64,000 nucleotides of DNA. It comes from Hemiscyllium ocellatum. Lineage: Eukaryota. The stretch lies in assembly GCF_020745735.1 (NCBI RefSeq), contig NC_083417.1, positions 53,630,001-53,694,000 on the forward strand. The letters run 5' to 3'. The notes beneath the pieces were generated by a model. It was not told where the DNA came from and ran no database searches. It was given only the letters and a program-made list of their open reading frames with translations. Of this stretch, positions 1 through 12,334 are shown one piece after another. The position numbers and the translations under genes are program-made. Each line of letters starts with the position of its first letter. The stretch's first letter is position 1.

Positions 1-97
1 CCACATTGCTCCTAATATACTTTGTAAATTTTCTGTTGTCAAATTATCTGATCTTAGTAAGTGTGTCAGTAGAGGTATCCATAATTGACCTCAATTC

Positions 98-300
98 ATC
101 ATAGCTTAGATGGCTGGACAACTGGTTTCCAATGTAGAATGATACCAACAGTGTGGGTTCAATTCCTGCTGTGGCAGTGGTTACCAGGTAGGTAACCTCT
201 GCCCTTGCCTGAGATACAGAGGCTCTCTGGATAAGCCAGCACCAGTCATCTCTCTCAATGAATGAGCAGTCTCTTGAGACTATGATGACTTAACCTTTAC
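98..300 (+). mobile_element. Old tRNA-derived SINE
   Basis: A box tagcttagatgg, B box ggttcaattcc. Confidence 0.55.
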
Positions 301-1433
301 AGAGAAAAATCAGTAATTGTTCCTATTTCTAATTATATCTAATTAACCATACTGGAGTGTGAATATTTGGTCAGGATGTGATTGAGCTTGGCTATGACAC
401 CCTACAAATACCTAACCCTTATTGGCACTGCTTTTAGACCTTGTATAGCATATAAAGTAAAGGACTACTTGGACTGATTTTAAATCTATAGAACTCTACT
501 TCAGCAAGAGTAGGAAAAATATAGGGAACAAAATTACAGATTACAAAAATGTAGCCATTCAGGTTAGCAAGTAGATCACTATTGGCCATTGGTAGATATA
601 TAACAGATTTACTAATAGTATGAAGCTAGTTTCTATAAAGTGTTCTCATTTTATTTTATTTAGGTGTCTGTGAAATGTGAAATTGTTTTGTTTTCTCCAG
701 GCGTGATATTAGCTTAACATTGCTGAGTTCCACTTCCTGATGAATTGGACAGAGTTCCACTTATGTAAATTTGTGTGCTGTTTACAATATTGAGTTTGCC
801 TGTGCAAACTCTGCATCTGCTTTTTAATTACAGACTAATTGCTTTACACTACCAATTCCCCTGTGATTAGTTTTTTTACTTTTGATTGATTGCTACCTGG
901 AATAGTCTTCTCGGGAATAACTAATTAATATATCTACTACTATTGCTGTATCTTGCAAAGAAACATTTTTTTAAAAAACAATGCATAAAGCATGGTTCCA
1001 AAGATCAGTAATTGCACGAAAAGCTGATAATTAGATGCTAATGTGAAACTAAGAACCAACATGTAGCTCATAAGTGGCTGTGTGAGACATAATACAGCAG
1101 GTGATTAGTATGAATAAAATGCTGCAGAGCAAGAGGTTTCTAGGTCTGTGATCTAACAGTCTTAACCATTTTGGAACTCTTTTAGTATTTGGTACCAAAA
1201 TGAATACCTTTTCATGGCACTGGCTTTCTTCACATTGATAATATTTTTTTAAATAAGGATTGAAGGAAGTACCCAGAATATTTGGAGTAAATACAGCATA
1301 GCTGAAATTGGTATGTAAGTTTAAGATTATTTCTGTCCAGCCTATTCTGATTGTTATTATTGATTATATTATTACATCTGAGGTGTTTGCTCAGATCTTT
1401 GCTGAAATATTAATTATTCTGCTCTTCACAAAG

Positions 1434-1527
1434 GCTTATCGTGAGGTTTTTGAATATTTCATCGAGGATTTAAAAACCTACAAACCATTGCTATCAGCCA
1501 TAAAGAATGAATATGAAATTACCATAG
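1434..1527 (+). CDS. TSNAXIP1: TSNAXIP1 coding exon (first visible; earlier exons lie upstream of the window)
   Basis: aag|GCT...ATAG|gtatgt; AYREVFEYFIEDLKTYKPLLSAIKNEYEITI resembles the TSNAXIP1 N-terminal motif YRE.FE.FIEDFKTYKPLLS.IKN.YE; ends phase 1. Confidence 0.93.
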
Positions 1528-2669
1528 GTATGTAATTTTCTGTCACTCACAGTGGAATCTGAACTGTGCTTCTAGATGCTGAGTAAATTTTTTAAAAATA
1601 AACATTTAATCATTACTGAACTCCTTTAGGTGCTTATCTAGAAATTAATTTATAAGTAGCTGTTGACTGATGAGTTGCTCATCTTAGTCTGAAAATTTGA
1701 TTCAATGATTAATGCTTTTAAGTAAGTAAAGATCACTTGCAATTTTCTTAAAGTTCTGCCAACAACACTATCCTTGTGCCTAGTTTTATTTTTATTCATT
1801 AAGTAATTGAGCTTTCATTATTAGAAAGAATTAATTTAACTTCAATCAACAGAAATGTCTTGTGTCTGTGCTGAGTGATCTGGATGCAGCCAGGGCAGCA
1901 AAGGATCTCTACAATTAGTCCTTGTCTTCCATAATTCATAAGGGAAGATCTGCTAGGGTTCCTACTCATGTAATTATGCATTGAAACTCCTCCTCATATC
2001 TTAGTTTATGGTATAGACAGAATCACATTTGGCTACGTGTCACATTGTATTACGTCTGCCAACATGTGAACTAACTATGAATAATTACGGCAGCCAGATA
2101 CATGTGCCAGATACATATGTTTTCCATTACAGAATGAAGTTTTCAAAAATAAATCAAACAGGAAAATAAATGTTTGGTGAAAAGTTGAGAAGACAATTAG
2201 GTAATGTAAATGCAATAATTAATTCTCAGGAAAAATAAGTCATTTAACCTGCTGTGTTTTTAACAAAATGCTCATGCTTGTGGAATTTTAATGCAACTTC
2301 AGATAATGGGATAGTGTTAACAGCTTGGGACTTTTTTAATATTAAGATAAAGACTTCTCCAACCAATTTAAATTCCCCATTTTTTGCAAATTGCTGAGGT
2401 TGTTTTGCATTTGTTACAGATTTTAAGTTTGGAGGAGGAAAAGCTAATAATTACATCGCCATCTTTTCCTCCAATGCAGGTTATTTGGTAATAAAGCAGT
2501 AATGTTTTTTCAACTAGAATATGTCATTCCATAAAGTCACAGAGTGGCTCATGACCATATTTTGTTCTGTTTGTTTCTAAAATTTCTTCACATATAATTG
2601 GCAAAATATTTACACTTCCCTCTGGTTCCTGTCTTAAATCAAGCAACATCTTTTTTTCTTCTACATCAG

Positions 2670-2866
2670 CTCATCTGCGAAACCGAATCCGTGAGTTGGA
2701 GCCTTTGAAAAGCTTGCTGGTTGCCACATCAGAGACCTGCGAACAGAGGATTATTGCTCTACAAGAAGAGGAAAGGTTTGAAGTTCAATCACTAAAGAGT
2801 GAAAAAATAGAGCTTCTGGACAAAATTGATTATTTACTGAGGGTGCAAAATTCCCTAGAGGCTCAG
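2670..2866 (+). CDS. TSNAXIP1: TSNAXIP1 coding exon
   Basis: Polypyrimidine cag| ... CAG|gtcagt; (A)HLRNRIRELEPLKSLLV...SLEAQ; phase 1 to 0, in frame with neighbours. Confidence 0.92.
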
Positions 2867-3184
2867 GTCAGTTAACTCATGTAAGACTGACTAAATATTA
2901 AATACTGTAGTAGATAAGATATGACTAAAAATGCCAAAATAAATTAGAGTTAAGTCTAGCTGGCCCTGAATATCCTTCCAGGGCTGGATTATGATGTTGC
3001 TATCAGCCTTAACTTATTTTGCTATTTGATTTGATTTTTCATCTACAGTAAATAGAACTATCTCATTTTAAAATAAAATGTCACAAGTCATGTTTGGGCA
3101 ATCCGACTGATGCCCCAGAACTGATATGTATAACAAGCAGATTTTGTTTCCATTGTTGGGAAAAAAAATATTTTGTTTTTCACC

Positions 3185-3630
3185 AACACACAAATCTAGA
3201 GAAACCCAGCAGGTCTGGCAGAATATGCAAACTGAGACAGAGAAGCAGAGACAGAATTAATGTTTTGAGTCGCATATGACTCCCCTTCATAACTGCCAAG
3301 ATATTAGAAAATGGATTATTAATACTGTTGACAAAGGAGGGGACCCATTCTTTGCATTTCACACCTTAAGTTATACCCATTTAACGTCTTTTTCCCTCTT
3401 TCAACACCATTTAACAACCCCTTTGTCTTTTGCACTGGACTCGAAACCATCTGTTCCTTTGTCCTCTCCTCTGCTTATGTCAAAAGTATTTTTTAAAAAT
3501 TTCTAACATCTTTCAGTTCCAAACAGAGTGCACTCAATGTCAACTCTGTTTCTCTCTGTGTCAGACCTGCTGAACTTTTCCAGCATTCTGTGTTTGATTC
3601 AAATTTCCAGCATGCACAATATTTTACTTG
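3185..3630. mobile_element. Old PLE-terminus element with decayed inverted arms (another single copy at ~3978-4110)
   Basis: cagcaggtctggcag ... cagacctgctgaacttttccagca. Confidence 0.55.
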
Positions 3631-4614
3631 TCTTTATCATAATTGTTTCCCCTCTATTCCTGTCCTCTTATATTGGCTGCTGACTGAGGATGGTTTCATA
3701 GCTGAGCTGCACTTGTCACCAAATTGATCATTATTCATGGGTGAACCATAACACTGAAGCTTTGGCAAAAAAAGTTAGTAAACAATTCCAACTCCTTATT
3801 TCTAGATGGTGAACACACTTTTGGTGAAACCAGTATTCAGTATATGATATTTGGTGGTGAATCAGAGAGGCATGATGCATAATTTGAACTTTGCCTATAT
3901 TTTATTCACCTTTTCCATAGTAGTACAGGAGAAAGACTTGGGATTAAATAGCAACCATAGTATCTGAAGTTCTAAAGTGTTCTGAGGAAGAGTCAGCTTG
4001 GACTTGAAATGTTAACTCTCCTTCTTCACTGATGCTGCCAGAAATGCTGAGTTTTTCCAGGACTTAGTTTTTATTTCAGATCTTCAGCATTTGTAGTATC
4101 TTGCTTTTATTGTCTAAAGTTCTTTCCAGCCAGCTAAGTACCTTTTGAAATGTAACCACGTAAGGCCATATAATAATGACAGCCAACTTGCCTATAGCAA
4201 AACCCATTGACACAAATAAGGTGTGTCACCAAATACTCTCCTTTCTAATGCGACTTTTGCTGAAGAATAGAACTTTGTCAGAACATCAGGAGAGCATACA
4301 CTCCCTTGGATATTGCTGCAGAACACTTTATGTCCACTTATTGGCTGGCTTAACTCCTCATAGGAAAACTATGTTTCCTGTCAAGGATGCCCAAAACATT
4401 GATATTTTTCCATTCCTTTGTAGTGTCATTTGAATGCACAGATGCATAATTCTATTCAGAGTTAAACCAATTGAAGCCAAACCTTTGCCAGGAATACTAT
4501 GATTTCACTCGTTCAATAATTTTCAATCTTCTCTGCTTCTGACTCATTTCTTTCAGGCCAACCTCGAATAGCTTTGCAAATTTTACTACGATAAAGGCAC
4601 TATATAAATGTGAC

Positions 4615-4830
4615 TAAAAACTAAAAGAACTGCAGATGCTGTAAATGAGAAACAAAAACAGAAATTGCTGGAAAGGCTCAGCAGGTCTGGCAGCATCTAT
4701 GAAGGGAAATTGAAGTTAACCAGTGACCCACAGGACTCTGAGCAATGGTTACCGGACCCAAAATGTTAATTCCGATTTCTCTTCAAAGATGCTGCCAGAC
4801 CCGCTGAGCCTTTCCAGCAAATTCTGTTTT
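4615..4830 (-). mobile_element. Older fold-back mini-element of a related family
   Basis: 45 bp arms 4654-4698 and 4787-4831; degenerate TSD tataaatgtgact / tataaaggtgatt. Confidence 0.7.
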
Positions 4831-5759
4831 TATAAAGGTGATTTATTGCTACTGGGGACAGAAAAGTCCATTTTTGACATGGATTTTGACTTTAAAAGGG
4901 AATTGTTGAGAATGAGTTTATAATTTTGATTGAAACTGCACTAATTCAGTTTCTTTACACAGTAATTCTTAATATAAATTCCACAATCATAACTGAAGTT
5001 TGAGTTGTGGAATATTTTTGGAATAAAGTAATATAACCACACCATGCATCTGATAAAGCTGTGGTTTAGAAGCAGAATGCAGACACCAAATCGAGTGCTC
5101 CAACTTCCATCACCAACATTGCTCACCTAATTTGAAGCCAAATATCTGTCAGTATAAAAATTAGTTTATTTGATAATATAGAACTTGACTATTGCTGAAA
5201 AAACGCATTCCATCAAAGCTTTTCACTTTTCAGTCAACAGGACAGGTCAGAAGAAGGGAATCCTGTAAATGGAAACGTAACCTTGACTGTGCAAAGAATT
5301 ATGCTGACAGCCAATTTAGAATTGACAGTCATGCTTGCAATGTGATGCACTTGCACATACTGGAAGCTACACATTTTAAATTACAGGACCCTGTTCTTTG
5401 CAAAAAAAAGATAAAGTACATGCACGATGCCTGATTCAACTCAACAAAATGGATGACATCCATTTCTTGTAGTAATGCCTGTTTTAAAATTTTAAACAAA
5501 ACTTGTCAGTAATTTGTCAGAAATCGCCTAGCTGGTGCGTTCTCCAACAGATGTAACAACACCTGTACCAAAAGAATCCACTTACCAATACTCTCCTGTC
5601 GTACAGTATAAATATTATTTATCCTTGGTATTTCTTGTAACGTGTCCTGATGAGAACAAAGCAAAAAGACTTGACAAAATGTCTCTTTTTTTTTCAGCAA
5701 TTTGCAAAATATCTTTTCTTAAAAAGTGTGCTGAAATAGTACTAATTTTGCTTTTTCAG

Positions 5760-5898
5760 GTCAGAAAACTTCAGGAAGAATTGGCAGCTGAATATGAACG
5801 GTATCGAGAGCAACATGATGCACGTAAACTTCTGATTTCAGATATGAATAATCTCCGCTATCAGCAAGAAAAGTCAAAAGATTCTCATACAGAAGAAG
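5760..5898 (+). CDS. TSNAXIP1: TSNAXIP1 coding exon
   Basis: tttttcag| ... G|gtaaaa; VRKLQEELAAEYERYREQHDARKLLISDMNNLRYQQE...; phase 0 to 1. Confidence 0.92.
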
Positions 5899-6221
5899 GT
5901 AAAAGAGGATATTCAATTTGGTAAACGTTAGTTGTCTAATGAATAACTAGTGACTATCCTTTCCCATTATGAAATAAGGTCACTTTGTGGTCAAGTTAGT
6001 TTCATAGTAATATGTTGGAATGAAGCCAACTCTTTGCAAACGTTTTGTAGTCTGATACTTCAGGCAATGGTGATTTTTTGGCTTAGTCAATGCTCATATT
6101 CAGAACCGAGAAGAGTAGATCTAGCACGAGGATATATTTTTAGCCAGTTCTATATTAGCCTGTAGGATAAATCCTCACTGGGTATTTTGGTTCCAGCTGG
6201 ATAAGGAACAAGATGAAGTTA

Positions 6222-7045
6222 AGATTGTTGGTCTGCTTGTCGAGCTGGTTGGTTTATATATAGATGTTTTGTCACCCTGCTAGGTAAGATCATCAGCACG
6301 CCTTCTGATGAAGCATTGTTGTGCTACTCCGCTCATTATTTATCTGACCCAGGCTGTAATAGTGGGTGTCTCATTTCCAGTCCTGCTCTGCAGCGGCTTG
6401 CCTATAGGATCCATTTCTACGTGTCTGTTGATAGTGTTCCAGGTTGAGAACCAGGAGTCTAGAAATTCTCATGTGTGTCTTTCACCTTGACAGCCCCACT
6501 GTGCCAATTGCTGTCAAGGATAAAAGACCCCATACCTGTAACGTACAGAACCAACATAATATACAAAATTCCATGCAGTGATTGCCACAAACATGACATC
6601 AGACAGACTGGAAGGAGAGTAGATACCAGAATACATGAACACCAACTGGCAGAAAAGTGACACGACCAATTCTCACTGATCTCCATACACTCCGACAAGA
6701 AGGGCCATTAATTCAACTGAGATAACATAATCATCTTGGGACAAGTCATGCAAAGACACGCATGGGAATTTCTAGACTCCTAGTTTTCAACCTGGAAAGC
6801 TATCAACAGATGTGTAGAAATGGATCCCAGTCACAAGCCACTGTGGAGCAGGACTAGAAGTGGGACAACCCACCATAACAGACTGGATCAGATAAATAAT
6901 GAGCGGAGTAGCACAACAACTCTTCATCAGAAGGCTGCTGATGTTACCTAGCAAGGTGACTAAATGTCTGTGTGTAAACCAACCAGCTCGATGAGCAGAC
7001 CAACAATCTCATCCACGACCCAAGTTATAAATTTTCTCAAAACCT
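6222..7045 (+). mobile_element. Penelope-like element (GIY-YIG end plus terminal repeat) with ~260 bp inverted duplication
   Basis: IKDPIPVTYRTNIIYKIPCSDCHKHDIRQTGRRVDTRIHEHQL; 6222-6483 is the reverse complement of ~6751-7010. Confidence 0.85.
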
Positions 7046-7858
7046 TAAATAAAATTAATTTTAATGTGACGGTTTAAACTAGTTAAATCCATCACTATCC
7101 ATTAAGATCACTCAATCTTGGATTTGCAAATTGGAATTGGACAGTAAACATCGGAACAGAATGTGAAACATGAGGTGTACTTCATGAAGAGCAAAACTGG
7201 CCCCGTTGATTGTGTGTAACTTAAATAGGATGCTTGAATTAATTATATGATGGGTGTCGAAGAAAAATATTATCTTTTGGGAAGAATGGTCACCAAAATA
7301 CTTTAAGCTTCCAGTTTATTGATTAACTCTTTATTACAACATGGTTCTTGTTACATAGTCACTTTATTGACCTGCAAACTTATTTTTAAAAAAACTGTAA
7401 TTTTATGTAGATGTTTTATCCAGAGTGCAATTTAGGAAAAATTTGCACATTGTAGTTCCAAATTTCAATCCATGTTAAAGTGTATTCATTAGAATAGAAC
7501 TGATTTCATCAAACCAAAATGGAAATTCTGTTACTGACTGACTACTAATTAATGACAGTAATTAGTAGTGAAAGAACTGCTTATCTGCCTTTTTACTGTG
7601 AAATTAATCTATTTAATATAAACTGACTAATGTTGCAGTTTAAATAGTGGACAAAAATATTGTCCAACCTTGTTGGTCTGTCTTCAAATACCAATTAAAT
7701 AGTTTCAGGTTACTATCTGATTAATTTTGTTCAAATAAGTACTTCTGAAATCATGAGTAGATTTGTGATTTGATAGGTATTAATTATAGTAACTTTGTGC
7801 CTGCACTAGTAAGACCATTTCCCTTTTAAGTAGGTTAATTTTGTTTTCTTTTTGAAAG

Positions 7859-8028
7859 CTGAAGCAGTTGAGGACACAGTAAAGCTGAAGCTGGCTCTGA
7901 AGGTGGCTCGTGAAGACCTCAAGGCATTGCAAGTGGAGCTAAACGCAATGAAGGCAGAGTATGGGGATGTGATTCCCAGAAGGGATTTTGAGGCTTTGGA
8001 CAAGAACTATAATGAGCTGAGTGAAAAG
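7859..8028 (+). CDS. TSNAXIP1: TSNAXIP1 coding exon
   Basis: gaaag| ... AAG|gtatgt; EDTVKLKLALKVAREDL...YGDVIPRRDFE...; phase 1 to 0. Confidence 0.93.
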
Positions 8029-8274
8029 GTATGTTTACCACATTTAAAGTGTGCTTTGCAAGCAATCTGTATGGTGCTGTGCTTTCTTGGATTTGAATAT
8101 GTTATAAATCTTTGTGCCATATGAATATCATGTTTTCATACTACATCCTGATTGTTAATTTCAAACTTTTTTTTCAATTAGGGCAAAACTGAACCAAGTT
8201 GTAGGGAATTGCAAAGTAGTTCAGACCATCAAATTAGGGCATGTTGGGTTGAGTCAGAAATCGTTGCACTAAGT

Positions 8275-8650
8275 TAGTTATAGAGTCATTGAGATGTACA
8301 GACTCTTTGGGCCAACTCATCCATGCTGACCTGATATCCTAAATAAGTCTAGTCCCATTTGCCAGCATTTGGCTCATACCTCTCCAAACTCTTCCTATTC
8401 ATATATCCATCCCAATGCCTTTTAAATGTTGTAATAGTACCAGCCTCCATTTCCTCTAGCAGCTGATTCCGTGAAAATGTTACCCCACAAATGTTACCCC
8501 ACAGGACCCTTTTAAATCTTTCTCCTCTCACCCTGTAGTTTTGGACTCCCCCCACTCCAGGGAAAAGATCTTGTTTATTTACCCTGTCTATGCCCCTCAT
8601 GATCTTATAGAATTCTATAGGGTCACCCCCCAGTATCCAATGCCCCAGCC
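8275..8650 (-). mobile_element. CR1 3'-end fragment
   Basis: ORF MRGIDRVNKQDLFPGVG...; tail matches other copies. Confidence 0.8.
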
Positions 8651-9164
8651 TTAATTAAATTTATCCTCCCCTGCTGGTAGATTTGATGGTGGGGACCACA
8701 TAAGATCCTGCATTTCAAATTGTCCTCCCACCAGCCCCCTAAAAACATGTATGAAATTTTACATGGGACATGCAACCATTTAAGGGCCTCCTCCTGCTAC
8801 TTTTTTTTTTTAAAACTTACATTAGGATAAGGTCCATGTCATTTGAGAAGCCAGGCAGCTCTAGCTGCATGGGCTAGTGTTTAGATAAGGGTACAGACCT
8901 TCTTCGTATGCCCTTGTGTCCATCAGAGATTCCCCTTCACACTATGACATCAAGACCAGCTAGTCAGAGACCAGCAAACCATCAAACCACAGCATCCCCA
9001 TCTGACCCCTCCAAAATGTTAACTCTGCTTTCACTGTACAGAAAAAAAAATGACTTCTCTATGGCTAAATATTTTCAAACAAAATTACATTTTTAAACAT
9101 ATTAAAACATAAGCTATCATCTGAAAGAAAAAGACATTTATGTGACACTTCTGAGTCTTGAAGA

Positions 9165-10282
9165 CTATGTGCAGTGCAGCAGGGAATATGGCTCATGGAA
9201 TGTTAGACCTTATTTCAAGGGGGTTGGAGTGTAAGAGTAGGAAGTCCTACTGTTACTGTATAAGGTGCTGGTGAGATCACATCTGGAGTAATGTGAACAG
9301 TTCTTTTTTTTTAAAGGAAGATATTGTTGGAGACAGTTTGGAGAAGATTCACTAAATGATCACTGGTATGGAGGGATTGTCTAGTGAGTAAAGGTTAAAC
9401 AGTTTGGGACTCTGCTCATTGAAGTCTAGAAGAATGGGAGATCATCGCATTGAAACATATAGCATTCTTAAGGAGCTTGACAGTGTTGATGTCTGTTTGA
9501 CTCCAGCAACCACCAGCTGCTGTCTGGATCCAGCAATTGCCAGCTGCAGCTGCTGGTTTGTGCAGAGAGAAGTGTCAATTCTTATAATTTCACCAGTTAC
9601 TTTATTAATATATTAAACCATGCACTTGTCTTTTATATGTTCTCTTACAAACTAGAGCTTATATGTTTTCCCACAAACTGAATTAAAAACCTATTTATAC
9701 CCCCATTCGAGTACCCGGCACTCTCAGAGTAGTCACAGAACACAAAAGATAATACCCGGTCTGGATAACTGTTTTGCTGCTGCTGAGGAGGGCTAATGCT
9801 GCTCGCTCTCTGGCACTGTCTCTCCACGTTCCTGATGTAGGGTTTCACTTCTGCGATGGTGAGTCTCTACAGTTGTTGCTGCCAGTATGCAGTTGAGGGT
9901 CTTCTTTTATCCTCTTTCCTTATCTTTCTTGAGTTTTGTTGTCTTTTTCCCACTAGCTAAGGCTCATCTGTTAATCGCATGTCTTTACCTTATTGGCTCC
10001 AGTCTAAGGAGCTGGGTAGCATTACCTCATTGCCCCTTGTCCAAATAAGCCTTCTGCATTACCTTTATCTTTTGTACTTTTATCTGAAGAATATGGTTGG
10101 TACCAACAGTATACCTGGACTCCGTTCATTCTCAGTTCACAAACTGTTTTCTCTTGTGTGTCAGCAGTTTTTTTTATATGCCGTACTGAGCACTCCTAGC
10201 CCCTGTCAGCGACTGATACCCCTGTGTCTCCGCAGCTTCCTGGCTAACGTCGCATTTTCAGGAGCATGTCTTCGACTGCTCT

Positions 10283-10326
<44 letters not shown>

Positions 10327-10670
10327 GCAGCAGCCTGGCTAACAACAGGATGAGTGCTGAGAGGAGAGCTGTTTCCCTTCAGTGGAGAGTCTAGAATCAC
10401 ACGGCATTGTCACAGAATTAGGGGGTGCCAATTTAAGACTCCGATGAAGAAAATTTCTTCTATGAGGGTTGGGTGTCTTTAGAACTCCTTGCCATAGATA
10501 CTTTTGTTGGGGCTAAGTCCTTTTGTATATTTAAGGCTGTGATTGATTTTTGAGCAGTACAGAAAGTGAATGTGAGGAATGTCAGATGAATCATGATTCT
10601 GTTGAATGATGGGGTAGCCTTGTGGGACTGAACAGCCTACTCGTGCCTATTTCTTATAGTTTTTATGGAG
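9165..10670 (+). mobile_element. CR1 3' fragment interrupted by an ~860 bp unrelated insert (9490-10350)
   Basis: LYKVLVRSHLE...IETYSILKELDSVD breaks off and resumes at ~10355 with ELFPFSGESR and a CR1-type tail. Confidence 0.7.
10288..10322. repeat. (CT)n microsatellite
   Basis: Read directly. Confidence 0.95.
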
Positions 10671-10994
10671 ATAAACCTCGCCAGCATCTCATGCAATTCT
10701 GTCTCACTTTTCACCATTGCTCATGTTTTAAGATTCTGTCTTGTGTAATTTCCCTATTTCTTTCCTATGTAGAGGCTTAATGATAATGTTTCACATATTC
10801 CATTCTTCAAATCCAGTGGAAAGAATAGTAAATAACAACCACACAGAACAACTGTGGAAGAACATTTTGACAGATACTTTGTTGATAAAGATTAGAAAAT
10901 CATTTAGTGCAGAACCAAGTGAGAGAACTCTATTGTGTAGCATGAGAGAAATTCAATGACACTAGGCTGCTTTGCTCAAGTCGGAATTCTTTCT

Positions 10995-11230
10995 TTATAG
11001 AGTCATACAGATGTACAGCATCGAAACAGATCCTTCAGTCCAATTCATCCATGCTGACCAGATATCCCAACCTAATCTAGTCCTGTTTTCCAGCACTTGG
11101 CCTATATCCCTCTGAACCCTTCCTATTCATATACCCATCCAGATGTATTTGTACCAGCCTTCACCACTCTTTAAGTGAAAAAGTTGCCCCTAAGGTCCCT
11201 TTTGAATTTGTCCCATGCCCCTCGTGATTT
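10995..11230 (-). mobile_element. CR1 3' tail fragment
   Basis: Same tail sequence as 8275-8450. Confidence 0.7.
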
Positions 11231-11574
11231 GCAAACAAAAAAAACGCCTGGTGTTAAGTGGCACTGTTGAGGATTATAAAACTAAACCAAAACAATTGCC
11301 TAATCATATTCTTTGATGCATGGAATAAGTATTAGCAATTACATTTCTTTTTTTTTAAGTCTGTTATAGTTTTAAGAGTCTCATTGGCAGCAAGATTTCA
11401 AATGTCTAAGGTATTTTGGGTCACCCAATGTGGATTGGATGAATACTCATCTCCTTTTATTTCTGTAATTCCTCAAAAAGAAACAAAATTTCTGTTTCCG
11501 AATGTAGAAGTACAAAGAGTTGTGGAATGTTAGTATTGTCACCTCTTTATTTATAAATGTGTTTACTCCTGTAG

Positions 11575-11707
11575 AATGAAAGCCTCCAGAAGCAATATTT
11601 TCAGATGAAACAAGAGTATACCACTCTGTTAGAAGTTAACAAGCATATCACTCTTGAACGAGACAAGCTGAGTGCAGAAGTTGAAGTATTCAAAACTAAA
11701 ATGGCAG
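11575..11707 (+). CDS. TSNAXIP1: TSNAXIP1 coding exon
   Basis: ctcctgtag| ... G|gtaaat; NESLQKQYFQMKQEYTTLLEVNKHITLERDKLSAEVEVFKTKMA (coiled-coil-like); phase 0 to 1. Confidence 0.88.
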
Positions 11708-11821
11708 GTAAATTCATCATTTTGAATTAGATTTCATTTTCAACTAGATTCAAACCTAGGTTCCAATGATGAAAGGACATTATTTTAATATGCACTTTTC
11801 TAAGAACCCATCACAAACCAA

Positions 11822-12196
11822 TTTTTGAAAAGATTTGTAGCTCAGGTTGAGGTTCTGGATATAAGTCTGCTCGCTGAGCAGGAAGATTTGTTGTTAGATG
11901 TTTTGTCATCATACGAGGTAACATCATCAGTGAGCCTCCGATGAAGCACTGGTGGTATGTACCGCTTTCTATTTGTGTTTTTAGGTTTCTTTGGGTGGGT
12001 GATGTCATTTCCATTTCTTTTTCTCAGAGGATGGTAGATGGGGTCCAAATTGAAGTGTTTATTGATAGAGTTCCGGTTAGAGTGCCATGATTCAAGGAAT
12101 TTGATGATATTAATGATGATGATGTTAACTAGTATGGTGACGAAACATCTGACAACAAACCTTCCAGCTCGGTGAGCAGACTTTCATCCAGAACCA
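11822..12196 (-). mobile_element. Penelope-like 3' fragment with inverted terminal duplication
   Basis: SINKHFNLDPIYHPLRKR on -; arms ~11850-11930 and ~12115-12195. Confidence 0.75.
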
Positions 12197-12334
12197 TCAA
12201 GATACTTTAGCTCAGGTAAATTTATAAACAGGATTACAATGGAATGCAAATTATGCCCACTCAAGGTGGACAAAGTTGAAATCACTTTTAATTCCAGGCT
12301 CAACTTAGTTAAAATGTTATACCATATGGTCATA

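Noticed and set aside
680-770. Strong acceptor ttttctccag at 700 as a possible TSNAXIP1 exon
   Set aside because: Early stops or no TSNAXIP1-like peptide in any frame.
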